Source: Octopus vulgaris (lineage: Eukaryota). Taken from it: a stretch of DNA of 64,000 nucleotides. The stretch is from the NCBI GenBank assembly GCA_951406725.2, contig OX597817.1:144894001-144958000 (forward strand). The letters are read 5' to 3'. Positions 25,239 through 38,149 of this stretch are shown here, piece by piece (the first letter of the stretch is position 1; each line of letters starts with the position of its first letter). The position numbers and the translations under genes were made by a program. The notes beneath the pieces are model-generated. The model worked only from the letters and a program-made list of their open reading frames with translations, did no database searches and was not told the DNA's origin.

Positions 25239-26131
25239 TAGGGTGTGATGAGTAAATTGTCGCCATTTAATATTTTTAATTTCGTGCATGTGCATTGTTT
25301 GTTTTTGATTTTGTTGACTACGCAATATAGAGGGTCAGTTGGGCACTGCCTTTGAGAAAAACAGCACCATGACACAATTCACTCTGCCAGTAATTAGGAA
25401 ACTACATGCTGTACTGCTTGGCATTTGTGCTGGAAGCCCCAATACGGAAAAATGGTGAACACACAGAACAACAGTTGCCTTGCTGTGTCCCCAAAACATG
25501 AGTGTGATAAAAATCAATCATACAATCAACACCATGGTGTTTGGAGTGATTACTAGTGATGACGACATTATGGCTCCATTCATCTTCTCATGTGGCCTAG
25601 ACACAACACGGTGGCTTACATCAAGTGCTTGGAAGAGGTAGTGCTGCCCTGAGGCAAGAGGGTGGCTTCTAGAAGACTCTATGCCTGATAACAGGACTCT
25701 GCACCATGCCACACAAGCAAGAGCACTTCCGAGAGAACCCATTCGTGACTGTCAGACAATTTCTGAAACCACATCACCTCTAACATTTGGCCACCTATCT
25801 CCCCAAACTGCAACCCCCTTGATTATTACATTTGGGGTGCAGTTGGGTGAGAGACCAACAAAACTCCTTGTAACACCAAAAATAAACTGAAAGCAAGGAT
25901 TATGGCAGCATTCACTAACTTAAACAAGGAGACCATTCAGAAGAGTTACAGGAGATTCCAAAGTTGTCTGCCAAGCCGTGGTTGAAGCCAATGGCAATTT
26001 TATTGAATAAATTTACTCTATAGTATTTCAAGATATTTTTGTGTAATTTTGGTAAACATGTGTTAAAATGAGATGTCAGTATTATTTTCATTTTTGCATA
26101 ACTTAGCCAACAATATATTCACCACACCCTG
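25239..26131 (+). mobile_element. Internally deleted DD37D (maT) Tc1/mariner transposon, pseudogenised
   Basis: TIRs TAGGGTGTGATGAGTAAATTGTCG / CAACAATATATTCACCACACCCTG; frameshifted transposase C-half (MVFGVITSD...QDSAPCH...NPLDYY...VEANG). Confidence 0.85.
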
Positions 26132-26549
26132 TGTGTGTGTATATATATATATATATATACACATACATACATACATACAGACATATATATATATACACAC
26201 ATTCATATATATATATATATATATATACACATACATACATACATACACACATACATATATATATACATTATGCATATATACATACATATATGTACATACT
26301 TGCATCTATACATGTAAATATATATATATATATATATGCATATGTGGGCACAGGACGTCATGAAATGTATACAACAAAAAATATGAAGTACGAGTACATG
26401 GAATATGAACTATTTTTTCAAACAAGATACAAATGGTAAACAAGACAAACATCATAAAGAACAACACTTCATCAGTTGTTGACTGTTTTTCTACTCTCGT
26501 ATTTCGAGCATTTGTACATATACGTATGTATATATGCATATATATATAT

Positions 26550-26758
26550 AAATGTGACCGCGTGTGTATCATTAGCGATTTTTTTCCTCCGTCTTCCCTT
26601 CCTTGGATCTTTCCTTTTCCTATGTTTCTGATGAAGAGCTCCGCTTGAAACGCTAAATCCTCCTTCTTTCTTTCCTTTCCTGGGTGTCCAATAACACTAT
26701 AGTTGTTCCACGTCCTCACATTGTTGTGTTTTCTCTTTGTGCTTTCATGTTTGGATTA

Positions 26759-26762
<4 letters not shown>
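26550..26762 (+). mobile_element. Penelope-like terminal fragment with degenerate hammerhead (26624-26658)
   Basis: GTTT-CTGATGA-A-GAGC-tcc-GCTT-GAAAC-GCT-AAAT; canonical core with a damaged triplet; ends in (TA)n. Confidence 0.55.
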
Positions 26763-26803
<41 letters not shown>

Positions 26804-26806
<3 letters not shown>

Positions 26807-27127
26807 GGTTAGAGCGTCAAGCTTACGATCGTGGGGTTGTGAGCTCGAATCCCAGACCGGGCTGCGTGTTGTATTCTTGAGCAAGGCACTTTATTTCATG
26901 TTGCTCCAGTTCACTCAGCTGTAGAAATGAGTTGCGACGTCACTGGTGCCAAGCTGTATCGACCTTTGTCTTTCCCTTGGATAACATCAGTGGCATGGAG
27001 AGGGGAGGCTGGTATGCATGGGCGACTGCTGGTCTTCTATAAAACAACCTCGCCCGGACTTGTGTCTAGGAGGGTAACTTTCTAGGTGCAATCCCATGGT
27101 CTGTGTCGTGACCGAAGGGGGTCTCCG
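26804..27127 (+). mobile_element. SINE family B
   Basis: Homologous to 14201-14537. Confidence 0.8.
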
Positions 27128-27520
27128 ATATATATTATTTATATTATTATATGATTGAATGCCATGCATCCTCTTCCTAGTAAGTTTTATCTATTTATTT
27201 ATATATATATATATTTATATGTGTGTGTGTCTGGCTATGGGTAAATATTACCTTGTTTGGAAACAGGTAGGGATTAGTGACAGGAAGGGCATCCAGCTAT
27301 AGACATTAAACTATGTCTGACCCATGCAATTATAGTAAAATGAACATTAAAATGATGATGATGTCATTGTAGTGGGATATTTCAAAGGAATTTTGTAAAA
27401 TTTAAATCATCCATCTCTCTCGCTTAGGAGTTTCTTTTTATATATTTTGTAACTGCTCTAATATTTATATTTACTTAAACCAAAATTTCGGTTAATTCTT
27501 AGGAGGACATTTATATGAGA

Positions 27521-27815
27521 CTAGCAGTATCACCCGGCGTTGCTCGGGTTTGTAAGGGAAATGACAATATAAGCATTTTTAGAGAATTACTTCCCTTATA
27601 TAAACCGAGCAATTTAAAAAACGAAAAAATGGTAAATTTTTTTTTTAAATCGTAGACTCATCGTAGATGCGCGCTAATACCCAGAAGGGCTCGATATGAA
27701 TCACGACTATAAGATTCCCGCTTTTGGTTAAACTGCACCGCAAAATGTGGGAGTAGTTAGGAATCTAAATCGGAGGAAACAGACTCTCGCACAACTTCAG
27801 TTTTATATATAAAGA
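27521..27815 (-). mobile_element. Non-autonomous Helitron-type element, variant interior
   Basis: Same termini as 964-1354 (CTAG, CCCGGCGTTGCTCGGG hairpin, ACAACTTCAG..TTATATAT..GA) with a different middle. Confidence 0.75.
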
Positions 27816-27941
27816 TGTCTTCAAAGAACTAAACTACAGTACATACCACAAGACTCTAAAGTAACAAATATTTGGAACTTGGACATTTAGATTCTAGACT
27901 TTCCAGATTAATCACCATCATCTCTATTTAACATCCATTGG

Positions 27942-28089
27942 CCATTGGGGTAACCGTCCACCACTACGGCGCAACAGGCAATGCTATGGCAACCAGACCT
28001 CGGTCTGGGCACCATTGGGGTGACCGTCCACCACTATGGCGCAACAGGCAGTGCTATGGCAACCAGACCTCAGTCTGGTCGCCATTGGG
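27942..28089. repeat. GC-rich 70-bp tandem repeat (two copies plus the start of a third)
   Basis: Units begin at 27942, 28012 and 28082 (CCATTGGG...). Confidence 0.9.
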
Positions 28090-28946
28090 ACTCGGTTGGA
28101 TAGTTTAACAAGATCAGGCAAGCCCCAGGACTGCATCAAACTCAGCGTCTGTTTAGGTGCTGGGTGCTTTTATCATGCTACTGCCATTAGTGAGGTTGCC
28201 AAGTAACTTGCAAGAGAGGAAAAGAACAAGAAAAAGAAAGGGTCCCCTCTCAAATACTCACCCCTTAATGGGGTACCCCTTAGTGGGGTGAGTATTTGAG
28301 AAGGAGAGATGGTTTTATGTTGTGTTAAGAGGCTAAAGTATGCCAGAGGGACAGGCACAAGAGTCTTGCTATAGAGGAGACGCATAGCTACCCCACATCA
28401 TATGGAGGTGAGTTGGAATAACTGGGAAGAAGATTGCAGTGATGGGGTACCAGAGCAAACCCTCAAAGGACAAGAAGTTGAGCATAAGAGAGGATACAGA
28501 TGGTAGATGAGGAGTGTAGAGTAATTAACTGACCTTGCTTGGTGCAGATCATCACCAGGTGTGGTTAATTAGATTAGAAAATGGCTTATCTCCTGCAGTT
28601 TCTCATACAAATTCTACAACTCGTTCTGCTTTGTATTAAACTTGATAATGCTCTAAAGACTTGCTATTGGCTCTGTAATTGCCCTGCTTTGTGTTGGTTG
28701 TTACAGTTATGTTATGTAGGCTTTATACAATCTCTATGTTTCAATGTCTAATGTGTTGTTGCTGCTATATTATTCCAATGTTCCTAAACAATATGCTGAG
28801 TGCATTAAACAATGAGTTATAATTGATTACATCTACAATGGAGCTGTTAGTATTTTTCTCTATTTTGCCATACTTGTTATGTGCTTGCCAACTACAATGA
28901 GACTATTTTTTTGGACTTGTTTCCATCACATTGTTATTCTAATGTT

Positions 28947-28987
28947 TTATTATTATTATTATTATTATTATTATACTACTATTATTA

Positions 28988-29034
<47 letters not shown>

Positions 29035-29103
29035 CTATTATTATTATTAATATTATTATTATTATCATCATCATAGTATGATTATTATTATTATTATTAT
29101 TAT
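28947..29103. repeat. (TAT)n microsatellite
   Basis: Directly visible. Confidence 0.95.
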
Positions 29104-29479
29104 AAGAGAGTATGTGAAATGTTTATACTTCTTCTCTATAAGCATTAACATGGCTGTTTTAGTGTTACTGAGATTAATAATTGTATTTACGAGAGTTCTT
29201 GTTGTATAAATGTAGTGTCAGTTAATGGTTGGTCTTCTGGCGATATCAGTAATGCCAATAACTTATATTTCATTGGTTCTTTGTTTTTAGTTTGCTTTAG
29301 ACATCAGGAGTGAGGTCATACTGGAGCACCACTTTTGCTAGCCTGTTGTTTCAACAAATTATTTATAGTTTTATAGTACAGAGTAAAAGAAAGAAAAAAA
29401 CTATTATTATTTTATCTTTATTTTATCCATCCAAATTTCTGCCCATTATTGTTGTGAGTGTCATGAGGTTAGGATCTGG

Positions 29480-29790
29480 CAGCTCCACCGTATGGTTCTA
29501 TCGGAAGAAACCATTGTAACATTTTGCTGCTGGATTCCCAAGCAAGATCAACTGAGGTTACAGATATTTTTGGTCTACCCTTATGTTTCCTGCCAGTTTG
29601 GCTCAACTTAAGGAACTGTCTTGCAATTCTTTCCTGCAACATTCTAACCACATTTCTGTAGTGCCAGAGGTGTAACTTCTCACTGTGGAGAAGCAGCAGC
29701 CCAACCTGGAGAGAATCCCTGATCTCTAAGCTATAGACCCTGTTGGGTAACATTACTCTAGAGATCTTCTGGAGGAACTCCCAACTTGGC
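29480..29790 (-). mobile_element. Degenerate RTE-clade LINE RT C-terminus
   Basis: FLQKISRV..NRVYSLEIRDSLQV..LLL....LHLWHYRNVVRMLQERIARQ...GRKHKGRPK matches the RTE pattern RW.GHV.RM...GRR.RGRP. Confidence 0.7.
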
Positions 29791-29879
29791 TGCTTGTATT
29801 TCTTTTTCATGCTTTTTCAGTAATTACCATCATTCATTTATTTTTATATTTTTACTCTCAATAATATTTTATCATTAGT

Positions 29880-30260
29880 GATCGTTGCCATTCGAGCATG
29901 ATCATTGAAAGCATTGTTTTACCGTCACATGTGCTGGCGGCACATGAAAAACAACATTTGAGCATGGTCGTTGCCTTGCCAGTGCTGCCGGACTGGCGCC
30001 TGTGCAGGTAGCACATAAAAAACACCTTTTGAGCATGGGCGTTGCCACTACCGCCTGACTGGCCCTCGTCCCGGTGGCACGTAAAAGCACCCACTACACT
30101 CTCGGAGTGGTTGGCATTAGGAAGGGCATCCAGCTGTAGAAACTTTGCCAGATCAGATTGGCGCCTGGTGCAGCCTCTGGCTCACCAGTCCTCAGTCAAA
30201 CCATCCAACCCATGCCAGCATGGAAAGCAGACGTTAAACAACGATGATGATGATAATGAT
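29880..30260 (+). mobile_element. RTE 3' UTR fragment with (GAT)n tail
   Basis: Same motifs as 24690-25236. Confidence 0.8.
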
Positions 30261-30262
30261 GA

Positions 30263-30470
30263 TGGCGAGCTGGCAGAACTGTTAGCATGCCAGGCAAGAT
30301 GCTTAACAGCATTGCGTCCATCTTCATGTTGCAAGTTCAAATTCCACCAAGGTCAACTTTGCCTTTTGTCCTTTCAGGGTCGATGAAATAAGTACCACTT
30401 GAGCACTGGTGTCAATTTAATAGACTTACCCACTCCCCCGAAATTGCTGGCCTTGTGCCAAAATTCGAAA
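30263..30470 (+). mobile_element. SINE family C
   Basis: GGCGAGCTGGCAGAA head and degenerate core. Confidence 0.7.
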
Positions 30471-30865
30471 CATTAATATTTCTTTGTAAAAACTTCAACT
30501 GCTGAATTTGTAACAAAGCTTACCTGCCGTAAGCTCTTTTATTCATTGGAATCAAGTCTGGTTTAGTGTTATAATTTTTTATTTTAATATAAACTACTTT
30601 ACCATTTCACTCAAAAATACGTTTTGAAATATTCCTGCATAATAACCTTTAGAATGGCATGAGTTATTAATCAGCTGTCAGCCTGTTTATTTACTTTCAT
30701 TACAACCATTGCCAAATAAGAATTCTAAATAATTTCTTCTTTGTTTATTGTATCTGTATTCTATAAGTTTTTCAAATACCTCTTAAAAAAAAACAACCGT
30801 CTCAAATAATTTTCTGAAAATTGTTATATTCACACCAAAAATGCACATACATACACACACACACA

Positions 30866-30900
<35 letters not shown>

Positions 30901-31959
30901 TCTCGCTCTCCCTCTCTCTCTCCCTCCCTCCCCCTCTCTCACCCTCCTCATATACACACTCACTATAAATTATTATTCAACATTGCATTCTATGCTGATG
31001 TAGGTTAAAGAGGTTTTAATCATATTCTGCCATATTGTTTCCATATCGCCTATTCATAGCCACCGTGCAGCACATTATATCACCCAGTCATTACAAACCA
31101 TTCTCTTCATGTCCTTGTTTCAATTCAAGCCAGAATCTTCTCTTTGTTTTCTGTCAAACCCTTTTCATTCAGTTATTTCACTGGGAATACGTTATCTTCA
31201 GTTTTATACCCTGGAATAAACCTTAACTTCATTGTATCCCTGTCAACTCTTAACTTCTGCCAGGATAGCTAAGACACTCCACCCACCAATCATATTATTT
31301 GGTCCTTTAACTTCTCTCTCTAATTTTTCTCTCTGCTAATTTGCTCATTCTTTTATATTAGCTGAGAATGGTACTGCTGCTTTTGCTGCTGCCGCCTTTA
31401 AGTCTCTTATCACCGTTAACACATTCTTGCACAATTTGATTGATTAACTATATGACTGACGATACACCAGTCCACCCTAATGCTTTCATCATTTCAACAA
31501 CCTTCCCTAATCGTTCTGCCACTTTTGCTGGTTTCATGACCTTTGTTACTTGTTTGTGAAAGTGCATGGCTTAGTGGTTAGGATGTTGCACTCATAACCA
31601 CAAGATTGTAGTTTGGTTCCTGGAGCAAGCAGTGTCTTGTGTTCTTTAGCACAATGTTTCATTTCACATTGCATCAGTCCATTCGAAGAATAATCCTGTG
31701 ATGCACTGACGTTCTGTTCAGAAAGAATGTTGTGATCTCAGACACTTATACACCAGAGAAACTAGGTAACCAGCCCTTATGAGTTCTGGGACTCGAGACA
31801 GTAATTTCCAGGGATGATGAAGATGGCAGTGACAACATCACTGCCACCGCTTTTCTTTTGTCTTCCATTGCTGGATTTTCCATCAAGCTTTACCAAATTT
31901 TTTTATAATGTCTTTTAATTTTATTGCAACTTCACATATCTGTGTTTGGTGCTGTTTAA

Positions 31960-32181
31960 CCCTTTCATTACTGTATTTATTTTGAGATGCTCTGTGTTTC
32001 TCTCAATTACTTTAAATATAACAAAGAATTTAGTAAAATAACTCAGTTATCATAAAGCTAGTGTTAGGAACATAAATTGTGACTAAGGTTTAGTGGAAGA
32101 TTTTTTATTCAAAACTTATGAAAACAAGACATTTGTACTACAGAGCCGGAGGTGGTTTCAGTCGGGTTGGTATCAAAAGGG
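31960..32181. mobile_element. piggyBac-type MITE (family 1), copy 1
   Basis: TTAA|CCCTTTCATTAC...GTATCAAAAGGG|TTAA. Confidence 0.85.
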
Positions 32182-32201
32182 TTAAATTAATCATTTGTTA
32201 A

Positions 32202-32422
32202 CCCTTTTGTTACCATATTTCTATTGAGATGCTCTGTTTTTCTTTCAATTAATTTTAAATATAACAAAGAATTTAGCAAAATAACTTGATTATCATTAAG
32301 CTAGTGTTAGAAACATAAATTGTGACTAAGGTTTGGTGGAAGATTTTAATTCAAAACTTATGAAAGCAAGACATTTGTACTCAGAGCCAGGGCCGGTTTC
32401 AGCCAAGTTGGTAATGAATGGG
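32202..32422. mobile_element. piggyBac-type MITE (family 1), copy 2
   Basis: TTAA|CCCTTTTGTTACCA...TGGTAATGAATGGG|TTAA; direct repeat of copy 1. Confidence 0.85.
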
Positions 32423-33146
32423 TTAACTCTGGTCTAGTGTTGATTGAATGAACCAGCATAATGAAAGGTATTCCACCCATGATCATCCTTTCTTTTTCAG
32501 GCTTGTTGCTCCTCAGACCACATCATAAGATATGTCCTTTTTTGAAGACAACTGGGCTCAGTAGATTTATGGTCTTTCTTAAAGATCTGTGCTTCATATA
32601 TTGAAATTATATTGCATTACGCCAGTGAGTGTGTTAAATTATAAGGCACAAAAAGAAAATGACTCCCCTCAGACACAACAGAATCTCAAGAATATTTCAA
32701 ATGTTCTATTTCTGCTACTACATTCTAACTCGATACTTCTGGCAAAAACCACCTGCTACAATTCTGGTATTACTGTCATTTTTGAAAATGGTTTTAAACT
32801 TGAGTCTTTTACAACTGTTCTTAGTTGCTAATCCTATTTGTGGGACATTTTTAGAGATTATGCTATCTCTTATGATCAACCAATAACAATAAACAGTATT
32901 ATTTACCATTCTCTGCAGCTATTCTATATTGATAAGTGTGTTATACTAAAACCCTTACCTTCCAGTATTGTTACCTATCCAGGAGAGTACTACACATCAC
33001 TTCACCTTAGTTGCATATGCCTTTCCACCTGACCTATGTACTTCTCTACCTCACTGACATGCATCTCTATATTCTATACAATACACACACACACACACAT
33101 TAGCCCATCTGTTTTCTAAACTCTATGCTGCTAGAAATAGTACAAA

Positions 33147-33537
33147 CTAGCAGTATCGCCCTGCATTGCTCGGGTTTGTTTCAACCCTTTAGAATTGGAA
33201 TTTTCGAAAAGTAAAAATTTTGCATTATGTAGATTGTTATTCTCTTTAAGTGAACATTTTTCTGGTTGTAATACACCGAAAAACGGCGACAAAGCAGTAA
33301 AAAAATCGTAAAAAGTAGGGATTTTCAGAGAAAAAAAACCCTTTTTGATGTAAAAAATTTTTGGTGTTAACATGGTCCAATTAGAATTTTTTCTTTTACG
33401 TAAGGAAGAGCAAGCCTTCTTCTTTCATACTCTCACTTTTGGTCAACTTGCGCCGCAGGGTCTCGGAGGAGATAGTGTTAGGTGAAGGTGACCAAACCTG
33501 CCATACACAGACAACTTCAGCTTTATATATATAGAGA
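33147..33537 (-). mobile_element. Non-autonomous Helitron-type element
   Basis: Full-length homologue of 964-1354. Confidence 0.8.
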
Positions 33538-33944
33538 TTTCTCTTATATCACACATTGCCATCATTAAAGACAGGACACATTCGACAATATAGTCCTAGA
33601 TATACCAAAAGCAAATATTTTCATACCTGCAACACCTTTGATCACAGGTCTGTTTGGTCATAGTCTACCATGGGCTAAACGACAACAGCATCAACACCTC
33701 TGATACCATTCTAAGAACAGTAATTCTCACATTCTGCTCCAACAAAAATAGCCACATTAGCCCCAGACTCTGATGGTGTAACTGCAAAAGAATAGCAACC
33801 GTTGTCCTCTGACCAAGTCTATCTCGCCCACTTTTGCACCGGAATCTAAAAGCAGAAAAACAAACTAATAAAGGAGCCTCTACATGGCTACTTGGCTTGC
33901 TAAAAATAGCAGCCAAATCTCCCTTTAATTACATTCCTAACAGC

Positions 33945-34240
33945 TTTTATCTTTTACTTGTTTAAGTCATTTGACTATGGCCATGCTAGAGCACCACCTT
34001 GAGGAAGTTTTAATCAAATGTATTGATCCCAGTACTTATTCTATCAGTGTCTTTTGCCGAACTGCTAAGTTGTGGGGATGTAAACACACCAACACCGGTT
34101 GTCAAGCACAGACACAAAGACATATATACATACAACAGGCTTCTTTTGTTTCCAGCTACGAAATCTATTCACAAGGCTTTGGTCGGTCCGGTGCTGTAGT
34201 AGAAGACCCTTACCCAAGGTGCCATCACACAGCCACAGAG
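33945..34240 (-). mobile_element. SINE family A, deleted copy
   Basis: Reverse-complement tail and body motifs. Confidence 0.7.
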
Positions 34241-34820
34241 AATTGAAAGGATGCTTTGGATAATAGAATTCAAGACAGAACCTGACATCATAGGTGTGTT
34301 GGATTAGAACTGACTTGCAACTAAATTACATAACAAACAGACAGAAATAGACTTTAACTATGAAAACAGTATGTTACTAGACTGCAACACTATACTAGTG
34401 CTTGACTAACCACTGCCTGCCACTGTATACAATTGGGTCCTCTGCTAAATATAGAACTTAGATATACTGGAGCAATAAATCTATGGGGTACATATATTTA
34501 GTTATTTACCTGGCCTTTTTGGATTCCATATGCCTGATCAGGCAGAGCTACACATCAAGTACACCTGTGGCTCTACATCCCATTGTATCTTCGAGCTAGA
34601 AATAAGATCATTGGGGTATTCACACCTAACACAATCTCTCTTGCGTACATAAACACTCTTCTTAATAGATCTGATGGCATCAGGAAATCTAATTTCTTGT
34701 TTCTGCTTAGCTGAAGGATTTGTGATTAGATGGTTTTTTATTTCTATCTCCAAACTCTGTGATACATTTGGCCAATGTAATGGAATAATTCAGCTGTTTA
34801 TTCAAGCACAAAATATAAGG

Positions 34821-34822
<2 letters not shown>

Positions 34823-34907
<85 letters not shown>
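34823..34907. repeat. Pure (CT)n microsatellite
   Basis: Directly visible. Confidence 0.97.
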
Positions 34908-34912
<5 letters not shown>

Positions 34913-35454
34913 ACCCTAATAATAATGTTTTCCATTCCATATCAATTTTCATTTCTGTGTGTCTTGTCTCAACTCTGTGGGTTACCGCCATTGCATTGAG
35001 ACACCACATGGAAGAAAGAATAATGAACCAAAACCAGAAAAAAAGGGGTGAGGGTGGGTGGGGGTAAGTAGTTGTCAGGGTGGAAGAACAGGGTAGGAAT
35101 GGAAACTTTTGTTGCAGAAACTTTTGAGATGAGATTTGGCAATTTGAGAAAATGTTCATTCAGAGAAGTGAAGTGAAAATCATGGGAAGAAATGAAGTTG
35201 CTTGAAGAATGATGACCAGTGAAGCGTATGTCTGGGGGGAGAGAGGGGGGAAGGAAGAGAGAAAGAGAGATGGGGGAGGGGAGAGAAGAGATGGGGGAGG
35301 AAGGTGGTAGACAAAGTGTAATAAATAACTTAAAACAATGATTGTATTATCTTTATTTTATTCTACATGATTTGATCTGTTGAAAGCTAAACATTCTTAT
35401 CAAAAGGTTCACAAATCTACCAAATACTTTGCAAATGTGCACCGGGTTTTCTGT

Positions 35455-35748
35455 TGGTTTGTGTGTGTGTGGACACATGCGCACACCCGTGCTTTTTGTG
35501 TGTGAGAGTGCAGGTTTATTTGTGTGTGTGTATTTGTATGTATGTGTGTTCGTGTGTATGTGTGTGTGTTCACGTGTGTGTTTGTGTGTGTGTGTGCGCA
35601 CATGCGTGCATGCAAGTATTTGTATGTGTGTGTATTTGTATGTATGTGTGTGTGTATGTATTTGTGTGTGTGTGTGTGTGTGTTCATTCATGTGTGTATT
35701 TGTGTGCATGTACATGCATGCAAGTATTTGTGTGTGTGTGTATCTATA

Positions 35749-35791
<43 letters not shown>

Positions 35792-36045
35792 ACGTGCATG
35801 CAAGTATTTGTGAGCGTGTGTATTTGTATGTATGTGTGTGTGTTTATTTGTATGTGTGTGTGTTCGTGTGTGTATGCAAGTGTGTATTTGCGAGTGTATG
35901 AATGCACATTTGTGTGTGTGTATGTGTTCATGTGTATATTTGTGTGTGTGTGTATCTGTATGTACATGTAAGCATGTGTATTTTGTCTGTATGTGCAAGT
36001 GTGTATTTGCAAGTGTATGAATGCCCATTTGTGTGTGTGTGTGTG
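35455..36045. repeat. (TG)-rich minisatellite with recurring GCATGCAAGTATTTG
   Basis: Directly visible. Confidence 0.9.
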
Positions 36046-36315
36046 CAAAATTAGATATTGAGGTGTAAGTAATTTCGATCCAAGCTTGATAACAACTCTT
36101 TAAACTCTTAAAAGAAAACGGGTTTGTCTTCATCCTAAGAAGACGCAGCAACTGTTTGTTCCTGCATTCTTTCAGAAATAGCTGCTGTCTACATTGATAT
36201 TGAAATTATTGATGATATAAATACATCGGTCAATAACAAACACACCATTCACAATGAATCCACCATTCTGCTTTATTTACTTAAACAACACTTATTAAAC
36301 TTCCTATCAATAAAA

Positions 36316-36925
36316 TCTCTCTCTCTCTCTCTCTCCATCTATTTATCTATCTCTCTATCTCTCACTCTCTATTTATATGTCCCTTTCTATGTTTCTCTCT
36401 GCCTCTTTATCTCTCTCTTTTCATCTGCCTACCTTTCTCTCCTTTTTGCTACTTCTCTCCTTCTGCTTCTTTCTCTTTCGCTCTACCCTCACCTCTCTAT
36501 GTCACTCTCTCCACCCCTCCTTCTGTCTTTGTTTCTCTACCTACTCCTCTCTCTCTCTCTCTCTCCTTCTTTCTGTCCTTTTCTACCTACCTCTTTCTCT
36601 CTCCCTCTCTCTACTCCTCTCCCACTATTTCTTTCTCTTCCCCTCCTTCTCTCTCTATGTCTCCCCCACCCCTCTTTCTGTCTTTGTTTCTCTACCTACT
36701 TCTCTCTTTCTCTCCCTCTCTCTACTCCTCTCCCACTATTTCTTTCTCTTTCTTCCCCGCCCTCTCTCTCTATGTCTCTCTCCACCCCTCTTTCTGTCTT
36801 TGTCCCTCTACCTCCTCTCTGTCTACCCCCTTCTCTCTCTCTGCCCCTCTATCTGTCCCTTTCTTTCTATCTGCCTCTCTCTCCCTCTCTTTCTCTTTAC
36901 CTCTCTCTCCACCTTTCTCTTTCTT
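36316..36925. repeat. Polypyrimidine (CT)-rich low-complexity tract
   Basis: Directly visible. Confidence 0.9.
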
Positions 36926-37509
36926 ACACACACATCAATAAATGGCAAAAGAAAGCCAGTGACATCCAGCTTCTTCTCTGTATCTCAAGTCAGAATGTGC
37001 AATCTTTAAAATGTCATTCTGAATTAACTTTTCCTGTCTAATTGTACCTTCATTATTGCTTCATTTAATGCTGGCCAGAAATTATCGTCTAATTCTTTGA
37101 AATGTTATATCTTCTTTTCTCTGCCCCATCTAAAATTTCTCAATGAAATTGACGTGGGCAGAAAATTTTCTTCTAATCCATGAGACCAATTTTGCTGCCT
37201 TCATAATAGTAATCATCATCATTGTTATTAATTACAAATGCATTGCAATGATTAACGAGTCATCATCCTGTTTGTGCATATATGTAAGTGTGAATCTATT
37301 TGTTTACTTGTTTCAGTCATTGGACTGCAGCTATGCTGGGAAACAGTCTTGAAGGGGTTTTAGTAAAACATACTGACCCCTATACTTATTTTCAAATCTA
37401 GTACTTCGTCTATCTGTCTCTTTTAGACATAAATAAACACCTGTTGTCAAGCAATAGAGGGGACAAAGACACACAGCTATATATATATATAGATATAGAT
37501 AGATAGACA

Positions 37510-37759
37510 GCTTAACTTTCCTGAATTTTCTTTGCTCTCTTGTGTGACCCTTCTGTTCAGCAGCCAGTAGCCATGATAGATCATTAGCCACTACACACAT
37601 TTTTTTCTCACCTTGTTTTTTTCTGTGTCCCTTTCTGTAGAAGAGTGTAGGCTCGAAACATAAAAGACTTTTTCTATTCCTGAGCGTTATACTAATACAT
37701 CTGTTTGTTTTGTACACCACCTGTCTTCGTCTTTTGTTTTTTTTTTCATAAAATCTCCC
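37510..37759 (+). mobile_element. Third copy of the hammerhead-like fragment (motif 37631-37666)
   Basis: CTTT-CTGTAGA-A-GAGT-gtag-GCTC-GAAAC-ATA-AAAG; sits in a (GATA)/(TA) microsatellite. Confidence 0.55.
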
Positions 37760-38116
37760 TAGATAGATAGATAGATAGAACTTACTTGGAAAAGGATAGG
37801 TAGCGTTGGATCATAATAATAATTTAAATAGTATATAAATATATGCATATATATACATATATGTACACACCTAGATATATATGTATATATACATGCATAT
37901 ATGGGTACAGAACATAAAAAAACATGGACTGAATGAGAAACGAGAACATAAAAAACAAAAACATAGAAATGAACTTTTTTTTCGAGCAACGAAAAAACAA
38001 ACAGAGAAACGAGACATACAACATTAAGAACATTCCCTTCATCAGTTGTCACAGGCAATTATATGAATAAATAAACTAGATATATTAAATGTAACAGTGT
38101 GGGTATGAAATATAAA

Positions 38117-38149
<33 letters not shown>

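Noticed and set aside
26465-26510. Minus-strand CTGATGA with nearby CGAAA (similar at 38035; also CTGAAGA at 18187)
   Set aside because: Stems and cleavage triplet cannot be assembled; at best a heavily decayed relic
27942-28089. CRISPR-like or HDV-like interpretation of the 70-bp repeat
   Set aside because: No unique spacers and eukaryotic context; P1 and P2 partners for an HDV fold are missing
30070-30125. Twister-like look of CCGGTGGCACGTAAAAGCACC...GGAGTGG in RTE tails
   Set aside because: No upstream UAA cleavage strand or P2 partner, and the loop is too long
34538-34753. Minus-strand 71-aa ORF in unique sequence
   Set aside because: No recognisable domain and weak splice signals
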